A stretch of DNA of 64,000 bases from assembly GCA_965645245.1 (NCBI GenBank), contig OZ287076.1:1054001-1118000 (forward strand), in the 5' to 3' direction. The notes beneath the pieces were generated by a model. That model saw only the letters and a program-made list of their open reading frames with translations. It was not told the DNA's origin and ran no database searches. Shown in pieces: positions 27,750-38,871 of this stretch (within the stretch, counting starts at the first letter, position 1; every line of letters starts with the position of its first letter). Made by a program: the position numbers and the translations under genes. This stretch comes from Massalongia carnosa. Lineage: Eukaryota.

Positions 27750-29263
27750 CGGGCTCCATAGTTCAAGTTGTTCCTCTACTCGTAGACGCTCCTATTCCCT
27801 TATCTCGAGATGTCATTGTTGTCCCTCAAGATTGGGATAAAGGTAGCTGACTGGAACCAGCGATTAGTTTAGACCCTAGTTCCTGGCAACTTTTCATAAT
27901 ATATCCCGTCGGGAACCCATCCTGCCCTCTCATGATAAGGCGATGTATGCCTATAGCTCCTCAGAATATCCTAGCCATCCTTTGAACTTCTTCCGATTGA
28001 AAACACGGTGAGCGAGCCTTGTGAGTTTAGTGGAGGCGTACTCTCCTCCTTCATTTGGAAAGCGCCGCTTTCTGCCTGTCGGAAGGAGACACAGCTATGA
28101 TGATGATAAGTAGAGGAGAAGAGAAACAGGTATATTGGGAAACCCAGCTGCTGAATCCCAGGATTGATTAAGGAAAACAGTACGTACCGGACTGAACCGG
28201 CATCCTCAGTTGGTGAATGTGGTGGTAGACTCTGAAGATTTACCGAATATTCTCACAAGGTCTGGGCACGAAGCCCGGACGGGGGTCGAGTGGTCCAATT
28301 ATGTCATGTAAGACTGTTGAGTGTTTCTCTCCAAAGATATTGACATGCATTACTGAAGGAGTCGCTAAATATCTCGGCTACCTAGTCGAAGACCTAGAGG
28401 AAGATTTATGTATATTGTTAAGAGACAAGGCGTTGGCTCCCTCCTTAACAGACTACAGTCTTGATCCTTTAGACATGCGGCTATGATGATCATCTTTGGC
28501 CGGGAGGAAAGCGCATCTTTAGACGAAACAAATAATGTATTGCTAGTCCACTCTTATCATACTGGATTGAGTTTTGTGCTACAGTATTTGCCCCGCCTCC
28601 ACCTATGCTCATTCCATAGCTTATCAGGCTGCCGCTCCAGGCTTTGAATGCATTTTATGTTAGCCTTCATGGATCATCCCTAAAGAGAACAACTCTGCTT
28701 CTAAATTCGAAAAATCGGTTTGGCTCCCATGCAGAATCTCATGCTCCAAAAATGGCCGGGAGGCCTTGCTCTTCCAAATTCTGGACGACCGATGGAGGTG
28801 TCCATAAGAGATCTGAGAAGCCCCTTAGAAATTAAGGTGCTAGAGGTTGTGTTTCTCGTTCCAAATAAGCCCATCTTTCTATAGCTGAAAGCAGCGCATA
28901 TTTTCATATTCTGGAGCTGAAGCTGAGAATAAAGCTGATTTTATCTCCTACTTACTTCCGAAATTTCTTGTCAACATTAGCGTCGTAGGCAGTGTTTCAG
29001 CGGACAACGGAGAGCCAGGCTCAAGCGAAGAAGTGATTCGCTATAGTTGCGTAGAGACTGTCTCCGCCATGTTATTAGTTTCTCTCTCAACTCTTTCAGG
29101 TAAGAGCATGTACCATGAATGAACCCAGTATTTTTTCAATATCAACTAGAGGACACAGTTCTCTTTCCCATGCACGGAGCTTCGCTGAAATATTTTCACG
29201 CTCCCCACCATCGCTCTCCTCAGTAGCATTTTCAGACTCAATCCGAACCATTGAGAATTTCAT
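27750..29263 (-). pseudogene. Decayed multi-exon gene of unknown family
   Basis: Protein-like frames such as LYATIANHFFA*AWLSVVR*NTAYDANVDKKFR and I*KYALLSAIERWAYLERETQPLAP*FLRGFSDLLWTPPSVV, separated by a GTAAGT..CAG intron. The stops are TGA/TAA, as expected from CGA/CAA. The downstream boundary is approximate. Confidence 0.5.
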
Positions 29264-29699
29264 GTGCATGGGCAAAATTTACCCGGTACGAGTCTAGGGG
29301 GGTGGAACGCTAAGAAGCGTTCATCGTTGTGGGGGCCCTAGGCAGGCAACACACCTATACGGTGGAACGTTCTCCAAATCCAGAGCTGTTGCTTTTCCAG
29401 CCAAGGACGAACGATTGGGTGGGGTTAGGAGATGCTTGGGTCATTGAGAACACTTTACAAGCTCTAATGACTCAATCAAAGACTGAAATTACCCAGAGCG
29501 AAGAGAGCTCTCGCATGGATTCTGGGTTGATTCCTGCTTGAAACTCTTTTCAGATCGGAAACGTTCGTGGTTTGAGAGCTTTTAATTACTATATTTTCTT
29601 AAATCATATGACATTGTCCATCCGTGATGTCACTGATTTTTATGATTTTTGAAATACCGGTTGTCACCAATCTCTTTGACTTGGAAAGGTTAGGACTCA

Positions 29700-32387
29700 A
29701 TCGGTACTCGGCAGAGCGCGAGGTTCTCCGTTAGCGTCGATGAGGTAGGATCTCGTCAACGGCGCAGGAGTTGACGTTGGCTCGGACGCTATCATTCACG
29801 TTTTGATGAAATGATAGTTTGGATAGTCAGTAGTCGTTGTGTTCGGGCTGTGTCTTTCATTTGCAACGCCAGAGGGAACGAAAGCCCGAATAGCTAGGGG
29901 CTATTTTCTTGGAGCCCAATGCACAACATTTACAGGCTTGAGGATGCTGAGCTAAGAATTTCGCCCGAGGTAAAACATCTCCAGCCACGCCAGACCCTTT
30001 ACACGGAAATCTTCGGCTGCCCTGCGCTTGGTAGAGTCACGTGGTTCATATGAATGACACGGGAATTGAGCTCGAAACTGATTTGAACCCATAAAAACAG
30101 GTCGCTATAGACTTGTTAGAATCGAGTTTGCCTGAGGATATTGCATATCCTCGGCCACAGCTGGTTGGGCATCAACGAATGTAATCCTTTATTTTAAGCG
30201 CAGCTGATTTTTCCGGCGTCTGGTGCTCTGGGAGTCTCGGTAGCATCCACCATTCCCAAAGAATATATATATCTAGCGCGACTATCGTTACTCCCAGTTC
30301 AAGTTGTTCGTGCTCTTGCGACCAATAACTTTAAAGGGAGAAGCTCTCATTTGAGCCTTCTGAAGTAGCCCAATTTCGACATGGATAGAGAGAGCTCATC
30401 AGAAAAGGTTTCGACTCCATTCTCGGGATTTCTGAACTGGTTTGGGGTCGAGAGGTTGCGGTTTCTGTAAGACTTATGGACCGGTGCCCTATTAATTACA
30501 AAATTTGCTATAACCCTCCCCAGCTGCCCACCAAATTCAATGAATGCGTCGCTTTCTTCCATGCTATGAGCGTTAGGTCCGTACTTTTTTGGGCAAATAA
30601 TTAACAGTTCCGAGACACCAAGGTGAACATCAGAAGGGTTTAGGTGTCCCGCCGTAGCTTATAGCTGTAGACAAGGCGCCAAATTTGCTTGGAACCGAAG
30701 GGTTTTTCAGAGAAACAGCCTTCCACTTCTTCCCGATCACTATCGGAATCCAAGTGCCTTCCGCAGAATCTAGGCCTTGACCTAAATTTGTAAATCACAA
30801 AAACCCTTGTGATATAGGAGACTGTGTACTTAATCACCCCTTTTTGGGCACCGACCTGGGACGCAAGCAAGGTCGGATTCGGCTCAGAGGTCCAGAGGTC
30901 CGATTTCACATAATCTCCTCTAGGCTCCCCCCAAGCTTGGTTAACATTGCCGTCGTCCTGTATCAGTGCTCGGATAGTATCGCGAATGACACATTAGAAA
31001 AACATAGTAATAGGCTGCATAGTGTTCTGGGTAACCTGTTTTTGTCTTGAAAGCGGCCTCAATGCCCCCTAACTGAGAGCGTGGAGTAATAGGTGCCGTT
31101 ATAGCAATATTTTCTCAATGAAACGGCAAGGTTTCAATGATATAGTTGGCGAAGATAATATATTGATACGGGATTGGCGGGCAAAACGTCATTAGCAGGG
31201 CTTCGATGTGCATATAATATGATGGCTTGTACCAAGGTATACAGCCTTTTTTTTGGCTCGAGTCCATCTTTTCTAAATGAAGCGTCTCGCTATCTAGCCA
31301 AATAGCTCCTGTGCCAGCCACCACCTATCCATGCCTTTTGAAATCAGAGGATGATTTGTCAAGTTATTATCTCCACGGTCCTTGGAGGAGATAAGATGGT
31401 GTTTTTGGATATGCATGCAGCGGCATTAATAGCAAAGTTGAAAATCGAATTATTATTATTTAGTGCTGTATGATTAGGGTGAAACTCATCCTGGGACACA
31501 TTAGTCAGAGACTCAACATAAATACTACGATCTAGTGAGAAAAGCCTTACTATCCTCGCTTATGTGAAGCCTTCTGCGGCAGCTTGCTGTATGTTTTCTT
31601 GGGCCCAATCGTACCTTTCTTCCAGGCCCACAAGCATTGGGCTCTATGATAAAAGTTTCTGCGCATCGAGGATTGCCTCTTAATTATGATTTTTAAAAGC
31701 TTGAAGGATACAGAAGGAGGGGAAGTCTATGCTGCTTGGAAAGATGGCCAGAAAAATTTTCTGGGTTGCTCCACTTGAGTCAAATGTCCTTTTTATCTCC
31801 GCAATCGTGGAATCTCTGTGGCGAACAGAAAAAAACGGAGAATCTAGAAGCTATGCCGCAAGATATGATCAAGTCCTCGAGCCCTTTAGAGGCCTCGATG
31901 GCGTAGGATCTGATAAGCGGAGCTAGAGATGGTACGGCGCGGGCACAGTCGACTGTAGTTTAATGAAGCGAAAGCTCCGGCAACGAATACACCTTGTCTT
32001 GCTTCCTTGTTCATTCGTAGTAGAACCTCCACTCCGGTGGGTAGTTCTCTGGCTTGCCCTAGGAATCCGTTGCGGTGTGGAGTCTGCCCAAATGCCAATT
32101 CAATGTCTAGTTCCATCTTTTCGGTCGTTGCGGAAGCCTATAATATATCTAGTGGCTAGAGCTGTCCAAATCAAAGTGGTAGGCTCCAGGATGCACATTT
32201 ATTTCCTGAGAAGAGAGGGAGACCTTGGGGTCGAATCTTGTGAAAAAGGGAAGTCGTCGAATTACTCCAGATGCACCTCGAAGTATTCTTCCAATAGAAG
32301 TACGTCGGCTATGACATGATCACCAATGGTGGGGAACACACACTAGGAGAGGTAATGTAGATGATCTTGGTTTCTTGGTGAGGCCAT
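29700..32387 (-). pseudogene. Long decayed gene of unknown family
   Basis: The minus strand gives MASPRNQDHLHYLS*CVFPTIGDHVIADVLLLEEYF, then after a frameshift HPGAYHFDLDSSSH*IYYRLPQRPKRWN*TLNWHLGRLHTATDS*GKPENYPPEWRFYYE*. Further same-strand ORF fragments run to about 29.7 kb. Confidence 0.42.
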
Positions 32388-35300
32388 TTGTTCGGTTGTA
32401 TTTCGACAACACTAAGAGCAGCAACCCTTTATCGACTCAAAAGTTGCGGAGAAATCATGCGTGTTTAAAAGTTTGATACTACCAAGATCAACAGAAGGAA
32501 GTGAAGAATAGAACACATAATCGAGCTGTAGGCTAGTTCGTTCTCTCACATCGTTCTTGTTGCATGGCTAGGAGTTAGCTCGGTGTGACTCCTGCCCTGC
32601 ACTGGAAACTAGAAAACTTGGCGTCAACTTTTTCGTTTAAGCGCACCATTATTCTGCTAGAGTGGTAATCGTCGTCCCGAATCAGAATACCTGTTGGGAC
32701 GACGACCGAACAAGGGTCCTGACGCTTCACTGTAAATAACTATTAGTGTCTATCTGCTACCTTATAGAACCTAGAAAATAACGGGCTTCAATATATTATA
32801 TATATAACAAAGGAAAGAACGAAAAGCCGGAACGCAAAATTATACAGATTGACGAGTGGACAATGAGGTATGTAAATATATGATTCCTACTTCATCAAAT
32901 TTTAGCGAGACTTCTTGATAGACGGATATTATTCTATTACCCCAAGTATGTGGATGTCATTCTTGCATGATGTTTATCTATTATAAATGACATTGAACAC
33001 TTTCTGTCTTGAGAGTGATATTCCGAAAAGAGCTATACGCATTATAAGACAAAAGTTAGTCCTCCCTCACCCAGTCTTTTCTTTCCTTACTCAAGCAACA
33101 ACTTCAATCAATATTTGGGCTTAGAAACACGTCCTCGGGATGATAAGAAACTTTGTTGGGGACTTTTTATGTTGCGAGTAACGGTATGCAGTATTGTTGA
33201 TATTGTCTATAGTGATGAAGAGGATATGCGGCGGCGGAGCATATGTCGTTTCCATACCGCAACCCTTATAAGCTGGGACGAGGGACCCTAATAAAGTGAC
33301 GTCCATAGACCTGGATGTCTCAAAGTGTGCGGTGTATCTGATACGCGGGAAGTTGGGTGAGAACGGTAGTCCTTGTGGTTCAAGACTGTTGCCGAAGCTA
33401 AGGGAGAATGAGAATGCTAATCCTTGGAAAATTATCGTCAAGCCATGACTATAAAAGAAAAGAGACTTCTCAGTGTGTTTTATTTCTTTGTTTCATTAGT
33501 TCTGTTAAGGGTGAAAGATTCTCTTATTGCTTTGAATAATAAAAAGGAAAGGCTAGAAGGGATATAAGCTGATTAATGTGGTTGGGACATTTGAATGATT
33601 TCGTATACTTCAAAAAAACGAAAGATATTCAAGCTGGAAAGCACAAAACTTAAGGCATGAGATGTGAGAGAGAGAAAGAAATAGAGAGAGGGGTATGGCG
33701 TTCAAATAGTAGAAAAAGCCTAACGATTTCTCCTAGTGAACACCATTGGATTCACGGATAGTATGCATCATTCTTCTAGGCAGTCAAGAGGAAGTGATCC
33801 TCTCTTATTAACCTGTTGGAATGGGTGCCGATCCTAGTGACTCGTCAGGAGGGGGTGGGATAAAGTGACGCCTAGAAAATTGCCGCGCTATACACTTGTG
33901 AAAACAGGGGTATCCACTCTGGTCTAGAAAGTGATTGAGAGTCGATCGATGAGAGAAAAGATATCATCGATATTAGGTACTCGATAGTAAAAAAAAGCTT
34001 GAAATAATGCTATACCTAATGAAATCTCCGGTTACTTATTCAAGAAGATAGGGAGTATCTATATGCCCCAAAGGAGCATCGAGCATGAGCCGATAAAGAA
34101 AAGGGAGGGCTGAATGGCATCTGACTGGGCAGAAGCATGAGCAATGAAGTTTCGGTCCTACGCTGTGCGATTGTGAAGACAAGAAAAATCCACATGTCCT
34201 AGGAAGTGCTTGAGGATGGGCCAGTAAAGGGAAGTGAAATCTTCAGAGTATCCGACTATTTGAAGAATGAGGAATGAATCCGCGGCTAGAGGAAGTCTTA
34301 CGATGTGATTTATGAACACACAAAGAACCCACGTGCCTTAACAAGTAGTTGACGATGACGCTGAGAAGATTCGACTGGGAATCAAGGGGAAGGAATCTTC
34401 AGTTTTCCTAGAAGACTAGAAGACCCTAAAATGGGGCTAATTACAGTTCAGAAAGTGATTGAAAAGTTGGTCGGTAAAAGGGCGTCCACTCTGTGATCCT
34501 CGGCAGGCAGAAGCCGCTAACGAATAGCACGGGGACCGAGACGCCGGTTTTGACCCTAAGATCAAAAGTGATAGGCTTTCTTCAAACTACAGGGAGGGAT
34601 ATAATCGGCCCGGGAAATCGTGGGGCTTGGATTGCAAGTTGCCTCATTGTGATACACCCCATAATCGGGCTCGTCTAAAGTACCATGTAAACCCTCATTC
34701 TACCCTTGCCCTAGACATTTCCGCAGTTACTTTGAAGGGAATGAAAGGGGGAGGGCTAAAAAATGGCCCTACAACAACTTTCTAAACTCTATAGGGAAGC
34801 AAGTTGGCGAGAATCTGTGGAATGACTGTGCCTTTCGAGCCTTTCATGATCTTCGAGAACTTTTCTTTCTGCTAGAAACGAAACCAGGCCCACCGAGAGC
34901 TCTAAGGCCCTTGAACTTAGGATAATGATCTGCTCTAAGAGCGAGAAGCAGCGGCTACCCAGAACTTCCTTTACCCAGCTCCCTGGAAGCTACAATCTAA
35001 TTCCTTTTCTCGCCCGAAAAAAACTCACTCCACGAGAGCCCTCTCTGAGAACCTTGACTTTAGGAAAGTAGAACGACTTCTGAAGGAGACACAGCAGCAG
35101 CTCACAACTTCTTTTTCTAGGTTCTCACAGGCTGCGTTCTGAGCTCCTCTTCCTTGCCCGAAAATTGTACCTAGCCCACTTAGAGCTTAGTACAACTGAC
35201 ATTAGGACAACAGAACTACCTCTGAGCCGGAAGCAGCAGTGGGCTTTACAACTCTTTAATAAATTTATGGCAATCTGCATGATGGCTTCTATAATGCTGG

Positions 35301-36225
35301 TCTATCTAGGAAATAAAGGTGTACCGTGCAGCAACGATCGAATAGTTTCAAATCAAAGTAGCCATTGCTCGCAAAATGGGGGGATCTTAATATTCCTACT
35401 ATTCATATGTTCTTATTTCCAGGGATTTGGGCTGACGAACTGTATTGGAGCGATTAGGAACACCCGGTCCATACCCTCCAACGTTCGTTTCATTAAGGCT
35501 CTAGGCATTTTTTTGCGTAATGACGAACCCTGTTTCTTAGCTTTCAAGAGTTAGTGCCAAAACACACAAGCACCGCAATACTAGGCGATGCAACCAAGGG
35601 ATCCATACAAAGGCTTAACAACGAAATCGGGCCTTTAACAAATAACAACAAGCAAAATATTACAGCAGTTTTATGTCTCAATTTACTGTAAATATTCTAC
35701 GCGAACTACAACTCTGGAGGCAGCAGCATCAGGTACAAGTTCAAGTTCTCATCCACAACAACACTAGCCAAGTGGAATTATCTACGCAAGACATAAGCTG
35801 AAACTCCTATTCCCTTTCTCTTATTCATTGACTTCTTCCTATGTCGCCTCTTTAACATATTTCCATCCGTCTCTCTCTCTGCCAAGTCCTTTCCTATCAA
35901 AGACTTTAATCAGTCCCTCTATTCGCGTCCCTCTCCTCCATACTATCTCTCCTATAATCTCTTCTATTTATTCTTCCGCCCCGTTTCAGATATTTCTTTC
36001 TATCTCGTTTCAGATGTTTCATTACTAAGCATATGAAAGGGAATAAGATGATGAGAATGAAATTGGAGTGTGGAGATCAAATAACAGATGTAGAATCATA
36101 TCGATATAAATATAGCGAATCTTTGCTCAAAATCTCCTCATTATGAAAATGTAGCTTAGAAACAATCACTCATTCTCCTCTCTTGCTTCTCAAGTATAAT
36201 TTTCTTGACACTAAAACCTGTCCAT

Positions 36226-36279
36226 GCATGGGCCGGCCTCTGGCCAGTACCACATCGGAGTAAGAATACATCATCATCA
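36226..36279 (+). mobile_element. Isolated degenerate LINE 3' terminus (hairpin core plus (CAT)n tail)
   Basis: GCATGGGCCGGCCTCTGGCCAGTACCACATCGGAGTAAGAATACATCATCATCA aligns with the reverse complement of the LINE 3' ends at 36743-36810 and 52799-52856. Confidence 0.75.
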
Positions 36280-36594
36280 CCTGCCTATGAAAACTCCTTT
36301 AATTAGACTTAGCGTTACCCCTGTCCTCAGGCTGCCCAGACTTGTGTAAGCAGCCAACTTTACCCAAGGCTTTAGCACTGCTCCATCTCATACAAATAAA
36401 ACCCTACTCATAATAGAATCTTAAGTCTAATGGTAATCTATTCAAAAACCTGATACGCTATTCTTCCCACAATGCAAGCATGAGTTTGTCCCTCATCAGT
36501 GGAGTGCGCTAGGAAAAATGGTAGGGTTCCGGCCGGCGTAGTCAGATGCGCGTGGCCCTGAAGGTTGATCGGTGGCTAATAGCAAGTAGATCAG

Positions 36595-38109
36595 CACGCG
36601 GGGACCAAAAAAGTTGCGACACCAAAATTTTCACCCCACCAAACTCCTATCAAAACATCGATTTATTTACATCAGAAACTGCTACTAATGACCTGTCATT
36701 ATTCCATCACCGTCTAAAACGTCCTCCAGTCGTCATTGGGGCATGATGATGATGATGATGATAAATTCTTACACCGATATGTCACCGGCCGAAGGCCGGC
36801 CCATGCGGGCGTGGTTCTATATGACTATTGTACATAGGAAAACCTTTTAAGGAATAAAAACCTAGTAACCAGTATTATCGCCTGCGGGATCCCATTGACC
36901 CCTCAGTTTACCTAATAACGTGTATCTGTGAGGTCCTTGAAAGAAAAAGGAAAAGAACGAAAGAAAAGGGGAAGAAGTCAAACATTTTCAAATGCTGTGT
37001 CGACGGGAACTTTCCGTACAGCATGGTCGCTGCAAATGAAAACTGTTTTAGTATACAGTATCTGCCCGCATTAACCATGCAGTCAGCTTTTTCAATTTTG
37101 CGGAATTTTCAATTATCGTGCGATAATTGTTTGTTTTCACTTGATTAAATAATTCATTTCTTCCGTCTATCAGCGACAGTGCATGATGACGTGTTTGGCC
37201 GTCTGCCTTGGCCATCCACATATGCACGCCGGTGAGTTTACATTGGGTACCCTTCGGTTGAAAAGAAAGTTGGCTAGCCCGATTTTCTCCGTGCGAATTT
37301 GCGTTGCTAGTGAACTCTCCGCTTTTGCCAAATTGCTGTGAATTTTTAATATCTTTTTGTCAAGCGAAGCTTGTTGAGCCTCGGTGGGGAGTGGAATGCG
37401 ATTTTGATAAGTCGCCCATGTTGACTTCCATATTTTCATATGATGCTCCATGAGCCGCGTATGATGTGCCCGTTGGGCCGTTCGCGCTTCACTCAGCTCC
37501 TTGAGATATTCTGGACTGGCCTCGTACTAGTACGTGCATTTCATTTCTCTGGCAAATGTACGTCGTTTGGCACGTATATTCGGAGACAGCCATGTTCTCG
37601 TGCATGCTAAACACTTGTGATACTCCAAGTCCTGCATAGCTCTTCGAACGGTATGCCAATGTACGTGATTTGCCCCTATGAGACCCACTTCCGCAGCTAA
37701 TTCATGCCACGTTTTAGCTCGTGCTTGTATGCCTCCATTTTCTATGATCTCCTGCATCTTTTGAATGTACTCAGCTGCTATGAGTTTCTTTCTTCCTCAC
37801 GTTTCCGGCCTATTTGAATTGTTATGAAGACGTCGAGAAGAATCATCTTTGAGCATTGCCCATCCCCTGCTCCGTTCCACTCCAAAATGACGAAAAACGT
37901 CACTTTTGAAATAGGATATGCCGTGCGCGTTGTTAAATTCGCACACAGCTTGTACTTTGGCTTTAGTAGGTGTAGAGTACTCATGTTGAAAATCATGAGA
38001 CTCTAACTGAGGTGTTTGTTGACGTTGCATGATGATTGAATTGTTTGATGATAAATGAGTTTTGGTAGGGTGAAAATTTTGGTGTCGCAACTTTTTTGGT
38101 CCCCGCGTG
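36595..38109 (-). mobile_element. Tc1/impala-like DNA transposon, internally deleted and LINE-interrupted
   Basis: 42-bp perfect TIRs CACGCGGGGACCAAAAAAGTTGCGACACCAAAATTTTCACCC at 36595-36636 and 38068-38109. The transposase N-terminus (EYSTPTKAKV..RPET*GRKKLI..TWHELAAEVGL..TVRRAMQDLEYHKCLAC) and a Tc1-type C-terminus (MPQ*RLEDVLDGDGIMTGH*) are present. Both flanks are ATCAG. Confidence 0.88.
36743..37526 (-). mobile_element. 5'-truncated Tad-like LINE fragment nested in the Tc1-like element
   Basis: ORF2 C-terminus AESSLATQIRTEKIGLANFL..ACICGWPRQTAKHVIMHC (CCHC finger), followed by a 3' UTR and a (CAT)n tail at 36743-36762. Confidence 0.88.
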
Positions 38110-38166
38110 ATCAGCTAACTAGAAAGGTACCCTTCTCGAGTTTTCGGGAAATCTATTATAGATTTA

Positions 38167-38657
38167 GGCCCCGTTCGGTAACCCCCTTCTTGAAAAGATG
38201 GAACCTCCTTATAATGAAAAAGGCCTTCCGTTCGGTTCGGCCTCCTCCTTATTTTTTAAGGAGTCTCCTTCGCGGCAAGTTCTATAATTGGTATATTGCA
38301 AAGGGTCTGCAGGGATTGTTGCAGGGGGCCAAAAGAAGGTGGTCGCGAGGTCCTTTTTTATTAAGGAGGGTTCTATTTGCCTCTGTATTCGACGATTATA
38401 TGTCTTTTAAATATGGAACACTACTTGTAGCGACAATTGCAAACAGCGACGGTTATCAATTTAATCTTGATGAGAATTGTTCCCAATCTAATTCTGACTA
38501 CTCAGCATGAGTCGAATAGAGGCAAAGAATATACAACGAGTTTATTTACTTGTCAATAGCTTCTTATTGTAGCCGCGAATAAGACGCTATAAACGCACGG
38601 ACACCAGCTTATTCAGGGGTGCAAAAAGGAGCAATCTTAATGTTACCGAACAGACCC
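38167..38657. mobile_element. Probable non-autonomous PIF/Harbinger (Tourist-like) MITE, about 490 bp
   Basis: The left end GGCCCCGTTCGGTAAC matches the reverse complement of the right end, GGGTCTGTTCGGTAAC, at 13/16. TTA lies immediately outside both ends (38164-38166 and 38658-38660). No coding motifs inside. Confidence 0.55.
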
Positions 38658-38871
38658 TTAACACAAATAACTACCGTATTATCTGGCAAATAAGACCCTG
38701 CTTTTGGGTAAGACCCTCCCGGATATAAGACCCCGTTCAAATTGCTTATTTCCGAGGGGTCCTGCACTATGACCATAATTTCGAGATTTTGGGATGACAA
38801 ATCATCAACAGTGCAATTTTGTGCAAACAGTAGTAAAAATTCTCTAAGTATCAGTAAAAATCCCCTGCAAA

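Noticed and set aside
33100..36200. Body of a LINE belonging to the 36226 tail, or a further pseudogene
   Set aside because: No gag, endonuclease or RT motifs found, and the candidate frames were ambiguous.
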